A stretch of 64,000 nt of DNA. Source: a virus. The notes beneath the pieces were generated by a model, which saw only the letters and a program-made list of their open reading frames with translations, was not told where the DNA came from and did no database searches. This document shows positions 55,030 through 64,000 of this stretch, piece by piece (the stretch's first letter is position 1; every line of letters begins with the position of its first letter). The stretch is taken from positions 31,071-95,070 of the IMG/VR virus record IMGVR_UViG_3300033233_000020; one strand, given 5' to 3'. The position numbers and the translations under genes are program-made.

Positions 55030-57690
55030 ATGACAAGCAAAAATTCAATGGCTCTGCTGCCAGGGCAGATAAGGCTTGACTACCTTTCGATTGATTGGCC
55101 TCTCACTCCCTTGGGAGCACACAAAAATCCATATGTACAGGGCTGGCAAAACAAACCGCACACCCCACAAGAAATTGAAATTGAGTTGGGTGAGGGACAG
55201 TGCAAAGCAGTTGGCTTGATTAGTGGACCAGCCTTCAATAAACCCTATGGCTACGTCTGGGTTGATGTCGATGGTGCAAGCGTATACCCACTAGTCGAAA
55301 AGATCTCGGGGCAATCATTTAATGAGGCCTTGCCGCCAACACTGACAATCTGTAGTGGTAAAGAGGGGCGAGAACGCAAGCTTTACAAACTTCCTAAAGA
55401 TGCATGGAAGGTATTTGTCAGGAACAAGTACGTCTGGTATGCCGATGGTGACAAAGAAAAGCTAGAGATTCTATGGGGTAAGCACCAGGGCGTCTTGATG
55501 GGGTCTCACCCTGAGACTGACGGTTACTTTACGGCACCTGACCAGGGATATGAGTGGGTAAGCAAATTACCTACGTTACCTAGCTGGATTTTGTGTGGCA
55601 TTACTGAGAAGAACGAACGGCAAGGGAAACCCAATACTGATATCGCTCGTGTTGTTGGCCCAGGATTTGCGTTAAATACCCGTATCCCAGTGGAGCGGGA
55701 TATGAAGATTGCGAGGGAGGCAATGCGGGCCATGCCACCAGAAGCAACTGATGACTATGACATCTGGATCATGGTTGGGCAATCGCTTCATGCATTGGAT
55801 GAAACAATGCTTGATGAATGGGATGAGTGGTCCAGGCAGTCGGACAAGTATCGGGAAGGTGAATGTCTGAAGCGTTGGCGTTCTTTCACTAAAGGTGGTG
55901 GACGCAGCATGGGATCTTTGATTCACATGGCGCAGCAAAATGGTTGGCAGCCACCAAGTGAGCACCAAGGTATGAATGTCGATGATGACATGCTTGAGCA
56001 TGTGTCCAAACAACTAGATCAAATCTCAGAGGAATTTGAAGTGCCTATTACTGAACATGAACGCACTGCGGTAAACAAGAAACCAATCAAGCGGAAAACT
56101 ACTGACAAACAGTCGGGGGGAGGAGGTTCTGACAAGGAAGATAACAAGAAAAACAGGAGCAAAGATAACGACTCTTCTGATGTTATTACTGGGGTTCTTT
56201 TACAAACGTACAAAGGTAACCTGCGTTATAGCCGAATGCACAACCAGTTCTTCATGTATGGAGCTAAGCATCCAGGGCTTTGGTCTTCGTTGGGAGAGTT
56301 AGATATGAAAGGACGCATACGTGAAGAACTAGAAGCAATTAAAATAACTTTCCTACCAAATGGCTACACAATTCATACAATTAATGATGTTTTTGCGCAG
56401 TTAAAAATCACGTTGATGTTTGAGGATTGGCACGAGGGATCTGACTACTTGCTGTTCTCCAATGGGATCTTGGATGTTCAAAGACGTACTCTGTTGCCTT
56501 TTGATAGAGAAATGTATATGACACAACGGTTCCCCTATGAGTACAACCCGGCTGCGGAATGTGAAGAAATTGTTAAATGGCTGAAGCAAACACAGGATGG
56601 TGACTGGGGTAGGGTCCAGGTGTTGAGAGCTTGGTTGAGGGCTGTACTGCTGGGGTGTTCTGATATTCAGAAGTTTGTGGAAATTGTTGGCCCTGGTAAA
56701 TCAGGCAAATCAACCTATGCAAACTTGGCCCATGCTCTGGTGGGTGACGAGAATGCAACCATCTCAAGCCTGGAACACCTTGAAAAGAACAGGTTTGAAA
56801 CGGCGAACCTGTATAAGAAGAAGCTACTACTGTTCAATGATGTTGAACGGTATGGCGGTTCGGTATCAGTGTTGAAGGCGTTGACAGGTGGTGACCTTCT
56901 GCGTAATGAACAGAAGTTTCAAACGGATGCACAAAAACCTTTTAAGTTTGGTGGCCTTGTGATGATTACGGCTAACGAGCCAATTCAAACTACGGACCCA
57001 ACTTCGGGGCTTGCCAGGCGGCGGTTGACAATTCCTTTTAACAACCCATTTAAAGGTACGGCTGCCCAACAGCATGTGCTTATTGATATGGATGGGAAGG
57101 GTAATGCATACGGTAAGTTTGCTCCTTTGCTACCAGGACTGGTCAACTGGGTCTTGGATTTGTCTCATGTTGAGATGAAGGAGCTGCTAATGGAGACAGC
57201 AAAGACAGTACCTTTTTATGTTGGGTATCAGACGGAGCAAGTGCTTAAGTCCAATCAACTGTTGGACTGGATGCATCATTCAGTTGTATTTGAATTTAAT
57301 GTGGCAAGTGCAGTGGGCTTTGCAAAGCCTGCTCCACAAGGAAGCTCAGGTGTTTATGTCAACCACGACAAGTGGTTGTATGCTTCGTATTCTGAATTCT
57401 GTAAGTATTCAAATACAAATATCCTGGGCCGCAGTCGATTTGAAAGTCTGCTGATGGACGTATGTGTGCATCAGTTGGGACTAAATGTTTATCGGCTTAA
57501 GAATTCAAGAGGTATGAGGGTTGTCAACTTGATGATCCGCAGCAATGACCCACGCATGAAAGAGTACCCCTCCATTGTTGAGCTGGGATTAAACAAGGCT
57601 AAGTACCGAGAGTTTTATGGTCCCAAGTCACAGATAGAGTATGCGAAGGGGGATGCGACAATGGAAGATAACATCCAATTAAACGAATGA
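55030..57690 (+). CDS. Prim-Pol/PriCT-2/D5-type SF3 primase-helicase
   Basis: VWVDVDG; DYDIWIMVGQSL..W.EWS..S.KY; Walker A GPGKSGKST; LKALTGGD; MITANE; LARRR. Confidence 0.9.
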   Translation: MTSKNSMALLPGQIRLDYLSIDWPLTPLGAHKNPYVQGWQNKPHTPQEIEIELGEGQCKAVGLISGPAFNKPYGYVWVDVDGASVYPLVEKISGQSFNEALPPTLTICSGKEGRERKLYKLPKDAWKVFVRNKYVWYADGDKEKLEILWGKHQGVLMGSHPETDGYFTAPDQGYEWVSKLPTLPSWILCGITEKNERQGKPNTDIARVVGPGFALNTRIPVERDMKIAREAMRAMPPEATDDYDIWIMVGQSLHALDETMLDEWDEWSRQSDKYREGECLKRWRSFTKGGGRSMGSLIHMAQQNGWQPPSEHQGMNVDDDMLEHVSKQLDQISEEFEVPITEHERTAVNKKPIKRKTTDKQSGGGGSDKEDNKKNRSKDNDSSDVITGVLLQTYKGNLRYSRMHNQFFMYGAKHPGLWSSLGELDMKGRIREELEAIKITFLPNGYTIHTINDVFAQLKITLMFEDWHEGSDYLLFSNGILDVQRRTLLPFDREMYMTQRFPYEYNPAAECEEIVKWLKQTQDGDWGRVQVLRAWLRAVLLGCSDIQKFVEIVGPGKSGKSTYANLAHALVGDENATISSLEHLEKNRFETANLYKKKLLLFNDVERYGGSVSVLKALTGGDLLRNEQKFQTDAQKPFKFGGLVMITANEPIQTTDPTSGLARRRLTIPFNNPFKGTAAQQHVLIDMDGKGNAYGKFAPLLPGLVNWVLDLSHVEMKELLMETAKTVPFYVGYQTEQVLKSNQLLDWMHHSVVFEFNVASAVGFAKPAPQGSSGVYVNHDKWLYASYSEFCKYSNTNILGRSRFESLLMDVCVHQLGLNVYRLKNSRGMRVVNLMIRSNDPRMKEYPSIVELGLNKAKYREFYGPKSQIEYAKGDATMEDNIQLNE

Positions 57691-58037
57691 GTAAAGGCAG
57701 GCACTTGATCCTGGATCTCTATGGTTGTGACCCAGGTATCCTTGATGATTATGATGAGTTGACGCGCCTGCTTGAAGCAGCTTTGAATATGGCGGGTGCT
57801 ACTATCCTTCGTATCTTTGGTGAGAAGTTTGAGCCGCAAGGCGTCACCATACTGGCGTTGCTTGCTGAGTCTCATGCGTCCATTCATGCGTGGCCTGAGT
57901 TGGGATATGCAGCAGTCGACTTATATACATGTGGTACTGCAACCGCGACCGATAAGGCTGCAGAATTTTTAATCCATAAACTTGGTTGTAAACACCATGT
58001 GCAACAAGATCTTATTCGGGATTCAGCAAAAAACTAA
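57687..58037 (+). CDS. speD: S-adenosylmethionine decarboxylase proenzyme
   Basis: GRHLILDLYGC, FEPQGVT, LAESHASIH cleavage site, DLYTCG. Confidence 0.93.
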   Translation: MSKGRHLILDLYGCDPGILDDYDELTRLLEAALNMAGATILRIFGEKFEPQGVTILALLAESHASIHAWPELGYAAVDLYTCGTATATDKAAEFLIHKLGCKHHVQQDLIRDSAKN

Positions 58038-58040
58038 AGT

Positions 58041-58934
58041 TTAATAAGCCGTGTTTAATTGGCTCTCTAGTTTTTTAATTTTTTTATCTTTTTCTGTTTC
58101 CATGCCAAGTGAGCCAGCTAACATCCCAGTAAGACCAAGACCGGTAACGGCGCCTACTTCATCTCCTATAAGACGCCCTACTGCACGTCCAACGTGCTCT
58201 CCTGTGATGGGTTTTGAATCTTTAAGCAAAGATTCAAACGCAGCTCCAATATTTATATCTGTTCCAGGGACTGTTTTGTTTTTGGTAAGTAGGGCCATTT
58301 TCACAATATTATTATCCATGTTTGCAGCGGCCTGTGTGTTGATTAAATTCTCAACTTGATTAAAGCCTTGATCCATTAAATTCTGAGCTGTTGCTCCCAT
58401 TTGTTTGCGTTGTTCAGGAGAAAGATTCTCAAGCGTCTCCAGTACCGAACGTCCTTGTCCGACTGTGGTAACAGTGTTGTGATATTTTTTAAAAATCTCA
58501 GGATCAACACCATATTTGCCGGCAAAGACTTGTGGACTTTGTAGAGCTTCGTGTAAAAGTTGAGAAGAAGTTTGACTTTTTAATTCTTGTTTGATTTGAC
58601 CTTTGCCAAAACGTAAGGTTTCTTGGGCTCCTTTAGCAAGTGTCTTTTGTCCCATTCCCCTGCCAAAGCCCGCGAGAAGTCCTTCTTGATTTTTTAAAAC
58701 ATTTGGGTTAATGCGTTTTCCTAGTGCGGCTCCTATGTGTTTACCTAATAATCCAATACCAAAGCCGCCAGCTACAGCTCCTACTGTTTGTAAAGCAACT
58801 TGTGGCAATGAGACATCAGTGCCCATTAAGCTTAAACCAGCCGGAACACCTACAAACAAACCTTCTTGAAATTCATTAAAAACTTCATTCTGCTGAAGCT
58901 GCATAAGCTTGCCAGCAAGTTCTGCTTTTTTCAC
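58041..58934 (-). CDS. Glycine-zipper membrane/virion-like protein
   Basis: GAVAGGFGIGLLGKHIGAALG; GRAVGRLIGDEVG. Confidence 0.55.
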   Translation of the reverse strand: MKKAELAGKLMQLQQNEVFNEFQEGLFVGVPAGLSLMGTDVSLPQVALQTVGAVAGGFGIGLLGKHIGAALGKRINPNVLKNQEGLLAGFGRGMGQKTLAKGAQETLRFGKGQIKQELKSQTSSQLLHEALQSPQVFAGKYGVDPEIFKKYHNTVTTVGQGRSVLETLENLSPEQRKQMGATAQNLMDQGFNQVENLINTQAAANMDNNIVKMALLTKNKTVPGTDINIGAAFESLLKDSKPITGEHVGRAVGRLIGDEVGAVTGLGLTGMLAGSLGMETEKDKKIKKLESQLNTAY

Positions 58935-59000
58935 TGTCTAGTTTTTTACTAGTCTACTTTGTTTTATTTTTAGTATAGTTAGACAAGACGTCTTCTGTTA

Positions 59001-60269
59001 ATGACTAACAAACCTAAGCTCCTGTGGATTGCAGACTTTGCTGCAATGACCGGATTTGGACGGGTAAGTGGTGCAATCTTGCCGCGTATCAAAGATAAGT
59101 ATGACATCACGGTGCTGGCATGTAACTGGCATGGGGATCCAACGCCTGAGCAGAAAGATTTCCGTATGTTTCCAGCGGCTAATCGTTTTCAGCAAGCACC
59201 GTTTGGCGAAGATCGCATCCGTGAAATCGTAGAGCGTGAGCAGCCAGATATTATTTTTACGTTGAACGATCCTTGGATTGCTTCAGAGCAATATCGACGC
59301 ATTCAAGACTTGCATCAACAGAAAAAATTTAAGTTCTGTGGTTACATGACCATGGATTCTTACGATTGGCTAGGTGGTATTGATCCTCATATCAGTGAGT
59401 GGGACTCGCTCATTACCTTTACGGAATTTGGTGCCTACGAATTCCTTAAGGCAGGCATAAACAAACCTATCACTGTTATCCCCCATGGCCTAGATAGCTC
59501 TGTCTTCTACCCCAAGGACAAGAAAGAGGCACGTAAAGAGTTAGGGCTATCGGAAGACATCTTTATTTGTTTCAACGGCCAACGTAATCAGCCGCGTAAA
59601 CGAATGGACATTACCATTGCTGCTTTTGCATTGTTTGCAGTGGGTAGACCAGATACTCAGTTGTACATGCATTGTGGACTCAAAGATCAGGGCTGGGATC
59701 TGATGCCGTTGTTCGCACGTGAGATGAAGCGTAATGGACTGGATCCCAACCATCGCATCATCATGACTGCTAATACACCACAGCCTCCAAACGTATCAGT
59801 GGAGATGCTGAATACCATCTACAACGTTGCTGACGTTGGTATCAACACCACTAAAGGAGGGGGCTGGGAGCTTGTCAACTTTGAGCATGCCGCCTGCCGT
59901 GTAGCGCAGGTGGTACCGAACCATACGAGCACCAAGGAGATTTTTGAGGGGCACGGAGAGCTGATTCGTTGCGACCACATTGACGTTGACCCAAACTATG
60001 GACGAGATATGCCGTGCCCTTCGGTTGAGCACCTCGCTGAAATCTTGGCGAATTTGTATGAGGATCGGGAACACCTTGATCAAGTTGCTCAGTTTTGCTA
60101 CGACCGAGTGACGGAACCCCAGTTTAAGTGGGACAACATTGCTGATCAATTTGATGTGGAGTTCCAGGGGGTGTTGCGAGCTGAACCTTTGGTGAGTGCA
60201 GAGTCTGTCTCATCGGAGAAAAAGGGGAAGTGTAAGAAGAAGAGGAAGAAGGTATTGGTTGGTGACTGA
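59001..60269 (+). CDS. Glycosyltransferase family 4 (GT-B)
   Basis: TGFGRV, IPHGLD, RNQPRKR, YNVADV, GGWELVNFEHAAC. Confidence 0.88.
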   Translation: MTNKPKLLWIADFAAMTGFGRVSGAILPRIKDKYDITVLACNWHGDPTPEQKDFRMFPAANRFQQAPFGEDRIREIVEREQPDIIFTLNDPWIASEQYRRIQDLHQQKKFKFCGYMTMDSYDWLGGIDPHISEWDSLITFTEFGAYEFLKAGINKPITVIPHGLDSSVFYPKDKKEARKELGLSEDIFICFNGQRNQPRKRMDITIAAFALFAVGRPDTQLYMHCGLKDQGWDLMPLFAREMKRNGLDPNHRIIMTANTPQPPNVSVEMLNTIYNVADVGINTTKGGGWELVNFEHAACRVAQVVPNHTSTKEIFEGHGELIRCDHIDVDPNYGRDMPCPSVEHLAEILANLYEDREHLDQVAQFCYDRVTEPQFKWDNIADQFDVEFQGVLRAEPLVSAESVSSEKKGKCKKKRKKVLVGD

Positions 60270-60295
60270 GAACCAAGGCTATGACTGAGTTTTTA

Positions 60296-60319
60296 CCCTG
60301 GCGAAAGCTGGGGTTTTTT
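60296..60319 (+). terminator. Intrinsic terminator
   Basis: CCCTGGC-GAAA-GCTGGGG-TTTTTT. Confidence 0.75.
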
Positions 60320-60331
60320 GTTGCAAAGCTA

Positions 60332-60643
60332 GTCTCAAAGTGAGACAGGTACAGAGATTGATGCGACTGGGCCTAATTTCTCTTTAAGTAATGGAACAGC
60401 CTTATCCCAGATTTATATTTAGGGATGTGTAAGATTTTTGAGACACATGTGAGTCTCATGAGATTCATCTTACACATCCACTTCTTACACATCGGATGAG
60501 GCTGTTCAATTAGTACTAGAGTAATAGGGGGGTTTAAGTCCATACTCTGCACTTAAAAGGGCAATTCTCATGCCTTGTCTCAAGTGAGAAATATGAGACA
60601 CCTTTTGCACCAAGCCTTTTGACGGAATCTTACACATCCACTT
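60332..60643. repeat. Nested inverted and direct repeat array (candidate replication origin)
   Basis: Four TCTTACACATC units; about nine TGAGA(C)/(G)TCTCA units; 14-bp IR 60394/60494. Confidence 0.7.
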
Positions 60644-60648
60644 TTTCT

Positions 60649-61326
60649 ATGGCAAACGTAATGCGTGGCTACAAACCAGTAAAAGAGCAAGTCAACTTTC
60701 GGTACTTACGCTCCACAGATACCAAGGCACTGGAAAGGTGGGGTTACTACCGGGGTTTCCCCTGTGCTTTTGGTCATACCATTCGCGATTCAACAAATCA
60801 CTGGTGTTATGAGTGCGTATTAAAAATCAAAAGTAATTTCTGTGGGTTCGATCTGAACTATTTACACCTGGACTACAAGGCTTCAATGCACCGGTTGTGG
60901 CAGCGTGTCCAGATCGGCAGTTGGGATGAGTGCTGGGACATCTCGGACCCTGGTACCAAGGGGCTCAAGCGCGTCTGGATGCCTTCTCACCGCTCCTTTA
61001 CGGACAATACACTCGGCAATAACATCACCGTTCAGAAGGCCATCTATGCTTGCACCTGGGGGGATGTAGGTAGTCTCAGGGTAAGTCGCACGTGCAACAA
61101 TCCAAGATGCTGCAACCCGCTTCATATGGTCAGTAGCTGGAACCGTAAAACACCTCCTAAGGTTGTTTCACCTTTCTGTACTGAGTATGAAGTTGAGAAA
61201 CTGATGCTGCTTGCTGACCTGGAACGTAAAGGCATGGATGCCAATAAAGTAATCCAACGCGAGTTTAGGGCTAGCATCACTGCTCCCAAGGATGCTCAAA
61301 TTGACCCCAAGTACAATGAAGAGTAA
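60649..61326 (+). CDS. His-Cys/HNH-like Zn-binding protein
   Basis: C.FGH..RD....CYEC; DECW; RTCNNPRCCNPLHM. Confidence 0.65.
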   Translation: MANVMRGYKPVKEQVNFRYLRSTDTKALERWGYYRGFPCAFGHTIRDSTNHWCYECVLKIKSNFCGFDLNYLHLDYKASMHRLWQRVQIGSWDECWDISDPGTKGLKRVWMPSHRSFTDNTLGNNITVQKAIYACTWGDVGSLRVSRTCNNPRCCNPLHMVSSWNRKTPPKVVSPFCTEYEVEKLMLLADLERKGMDANKVIQREFRASITAPKDAQIDPKYNEE

Positions 61327-61346
61327 CCCCAGATACTGGCAGTGAA

Positions 61347-62285
61347 GTGGCAAGAAGCCAGGAAATCCAACGTCAACGTACACAAAATAATCCTCTTGTT
61401 TTAGGCAGCTTTGATACGACCACGCTTAAATACTTGAAGGGAAGCCTGGGACCGCTGAATCAACTTGTAGGTAAAGCTGACACTAGCCAACAATCAAACG
61501 GCGGATTTGGCGGCGGGGCTTACAATCATTGGTTCCAAATTAATTTAGAGGCTAGTGCCTGGATAATTGTTGTTAAATCTGGGCCAAAACCAAATTATAT
61601 TCAGACTTCTGTTTATGATTTAGATAAAAAACCTATTGAAGGCAGGGGAATATTTCAAGGAGATTCTATTATTACTGATACTGGCACTGCTCTTTTTTAC
61701 CCCTATTTAAATACGGTAATGGGGGCCCAGTCTGATCTTTATAGTACATTTGATTCGGTACGTTTAGATCGTGGCGACGAAAGATATTATCCCTTGGAAG
61801 CCGGTAGATACTTGCTTTGCGTATCAACAACCAGGAATGAAATTATAGGTTATGAAATTGGACTGATAATTGAATTTCCAATAGATCAAATATTTTTTGC
61901 TTTAGAAGATGAAGGCGAAATTTCTTTGCTTTTAAAAGAAACAGCGATTGATTTTTCACGTACTATTAATATTATTTCTCCAATTACTGTTGATACGATT
62001 ATTAACACAGATAGCAATCGACCCAACGGTTTTACCGAAGATACAAGTCAAATAAATGCAGGTGTTACCGTGACTGTTTTATTTGGATCGGAATGGTTTA
62101 TTGGTGCCCCCGTGCCCTCGAGTCAAGCAAATGAATTCACTGTTATCTTAGAGCCCGGCAGCAATCTGTATTATGATACCATTCATGATCATTCCCTTGA
62201 AGAATGGCAAAGCAGCTGGGAATCTACGCATCAAGATACGGATAAATTTCCAGAAGTATTTATCCCTTTAACCAATAGGTTGTAA
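61347..62285 (+). CDS. Hypothetical, probably structural, protein
   Basis: Beta-rich; LEAGRYLLCVS. Confidence 0.55.
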   Translation: MARSQEIQRQRTQNNPLVLGSFDTTTLKYLKGSLGPLNQLVGKADTSQQSNGGFGGGAYNHWFQINLEASAWIIVVKSGPKPNYIQTSVYDLDKKPIEGRGIFQGDSIITDTGTALFYPYLNTVMGAQSDLYSTFDSVRLDRGDERYYPLEAGRYLLCVSTTRNEIIGYEIGLIIEFPIDQIFFALEDEGEISLLLKETAIDFSRTINIISPITVDTIINTDSNRPNGFTEDTSQINAGVTVTVLFGSEWFIGAPVPSSQANEFTVILEPGSNLYYDTIHDHSLEEWQSSWESTHQDTDKFPEVFIPLTNRL

Positions 62286-62350
62286 TATATTCTTTGTAAA
62301 TCGTACATATAGGGATCTAAAATGTTTATAGGATTTTAAATAGTTTGCTC

Positions 62351-62491
62351 ATGGATTTCCTCTATCATCCTGCCTTTTGGATTATTGTATCTGCTGCTTC
62401 TGAGTTAATTGCTCTGTCTCCTTTAAAAAGCAACAGCATTATTCAATTGGTATTACGTGCCATTTATTCAGTTAAACTGGGAAAGTTCTGA
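62351..62491 (+). CDS. Holin-like small membrane protein (46 aa)
   Basis: MDFLYHPAFWIIVSAASELIALSPLKSNSIIQLVL...; adjacent to the endolysin candidate. Confidence 0.55.
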   Translation: MDFLYHPAFWIIVSAASELIALSPLKSNSIIQLVLRAIYSVKLGKF

Positions 62492-62587
62492 CTAAACTTG
62501 TGGGCAGCAGTATTAATTAAATACTGTTTACTACTGGGTCTCAAAATGCTATTACCTAATAACAATAACAATGTTAGAGAGCTAAAT

Positions 62588-63124
62588 CTATTTAGATGTT
62601 AGGATTGACCAGCCAGTGTTGCGGCCATCAACCTCCCAACGTGGGAGCCAATTTTTTTTAGTGTATTGAATATTTTTACCTGCAGTGGAGGAATTGCTGA
62701 CGTATCCACCAGATGACATATTACCTTCCCCAAAGGGATCATGTAATACCAAATGGGTAGGTGTAAAACCACACACTACGCCCCAATGACCACCACCTGT
62801 TGGTTTAGCTGCCGTGCCATGATGCAACCATCCGCAAGCAACAGGTCTGTTGTTACGTATCTCATTTTCTAATAGAGTTAAATTTCCATTAGTTACAAAT
62901 TTTGCTTTAAGTCCCAGAGATTGAAGTGTTTTTAACTGTGCGGAACTATCCGTGGTATCTCCAAATTTTTGTCTTATTGCATTGTATTCATCATCTGTTT
63001 TTATCTTTCCATAAAAAGCGGCAACCATTGCGCAAGAAGAAGAAAAGCACTCACGATTTCCCTGCCCTGATTTATTGTCAAGCTGATAAAAATAAGGAAC
63101 CACTAAAGTTTGCGTGGTAGTCAT
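62588..63124 (-). CDS. Peptidase C39-like endolysin
   Basis: VPYFYQLDN, ECFSSSCAM, GGGHW, HDPFG. Confidence 0.8.
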   Translation of the reverse strand: MTTTQTLVVPYFYQLDNKSGQGNRECFSSSCAMVAAFYGKIKTDDEYNAIRQKFGDTTDSSAQLKTLQSLGLKAKFVTNGNLTLLENEIRNNRPVACGWLHHGTAAKPTGGGHWGVVCGFTPTHLVLHDPFGEGNMSSGGYVSNSSTAGKNIQYTKKNWLPRWEVDGRNTGWSILTSK

Positions 63125-63666
63125 GGCTGCGTAAGGGTTACGCGCAAGCGTGTTTCTGGGACGCCTGGCAATGCGCTATTGCGTACGTCTTTGTAGCCGT
63201 ACTTACGGCCTTGAAGGATGATTTCATCTTCCCGGCCGAAGTTCTTGATTGTTACTTGCTGAAGGTGGTTGAGGGGATGACACTGGAAGCCATGTTTTTC
63301 GGAGCACTTCGCCACGTCAATCTTGTTGGTGAAGGTAAAGACATCTTTCGCTGTGTCCTTTTTGAAGTCCACGATGCCGCCATCGCGCTTGCTGATGATG
63401 ACACCTTGAGGGCCAAAGGTTAGGGAGTCGGAGCCGGTGCTGCCGTTGAAGCGCCAGGAAGTGTAGATGCCACGGTCGAGGTAGAAGCCAGTGACGCCTT
63501 CTTTGCCTGTTTTCATTTGCAGGCCCGCCAAGTGATTGGTGGGAGCACTAGTAGCAATGCGGACGATGCCTTGCTTGACCGTGAAGGTAGAGTAGGCACG
63601 TTGCGCTGGAATCAAGGCGTTCCAGTTGAGCGTGGCTAGGAGAATAGAAAGCAGTGCTGGATTCAT
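63121..63666 (-). CDS. Secreted-type hypothetical protein
   Basis: Hydrophobic N-terminus; GSTGSDSLTF, IKNFGREDEIILQG; higher GC. Confidence 0.6.
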   Translation of the reverse strand: MNPALLSILLATLNWNALIPAQRAYSTFTVKQGIVRIATSAPTNHLAGLQMKTGKEGVTGFYLDRGIYTSWRFNGSTGSDSLTFGPQGVIISKRDGGIVDFKKDTAKDVFTFTNKIDVAKCSEKHGFQCHPLNHLQQVTIKNFGREDEIILQGRKYGYKDVRNSALPGVPETRLRVTLTQP

Positions 63667-63693
63667 GGGGATGTTAATAAAAAGGAGTGATAC

Positions 63694-63999
63694 TCACTGC
63701 CACGGCAAACCAGATGCTTTACTGGGCGCGTGTTGCTCATCAAGTTGTGCTTGCAGGGCTGCCTCTACCTCTTCTACCTTTTCGGCGCCGCCAAGTTTTT
63801 CCTGCACCCAGCCAATGACGATCTCGGGGGTGAGGTCGGCAAAGGGGATAATAGCGTCTTCAGGAGCTTCAAAGCCAATGCTGCCGTAAGCGCCGGCAGA
63901 GTAGGTGCCGTCATTGGCATCTACGGTGTAGTGGGCAGTGAAAACAATGCCGTCAGCAGCATGACGCTCAAGCTGGGCAATGTTCCAAGTGGTGATAGT
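63694..63999 (-). CDS. Tail-fibre-associated small protein, partial
   Basis: TWNIAQLERH..DGIVFTAHY...IPFADLTPEIVIGWV...SGLPWQ. Confidence 0.7.
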   Translation of the reverse strand, partial: TITTWNIAQLERHAADGIVFTAHYTVDANDGTYSAGAYGSIGFEAPEDAIIPFADLTPEIVIGWVQEKLGGAEKVEEVEAALQAQLDEQHAPSKASGLPWQ

Positions 64000-64000
64000 A

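Overview
About 64 kb of a lytic dsDNA tailed phage, almost certainly infecting a (probably freshwater pico-) cyanobacterium, since it carries an hli gene, a possible NblA-like remnant, speD and dps. No integrase, RNA polymerase, rRNA or CRISPR array is visible. Layout: (1) 1-24.3 kb, minus-strand virion module with terminase large subunit, portal, scaffold, major capsid, two muralytic enzymes and a long run of Gly/Ala/Gln-rich probable internal/ejection proteins; (2) AT-rich divergence zone at about 24.3-24.9 kb; (3) 24.9-47 kb, plus-strand early/middle region of many small genes plus PcfJ-like, GP88-like, family A DNA polymerase, double-OB SSB, SWIM, Gp157-like and tRNA-Leu(UAA); (4) 47-64 kb, mixed region with Dps, an ncRNA cassette, KilA-N, methyltransferase, Hli, exonuclease, primase-SF3 helicase, SpeD, glycosyltransferase, a repeat-rich candidate origin and lysis genes. 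The most striking unexplained signal is that the early region is punctuated by at least five families of repeated, mostly covarying structured elements at gene junctions. These include 8 copies of an H-type pseudoknot ahead of Shine-Dalgarno-less start codons and 3 tRNA-elbow-like elements that embed the upstream UGA stop. All calls come from reading the sequence by eye; no searches or folding programs were run.
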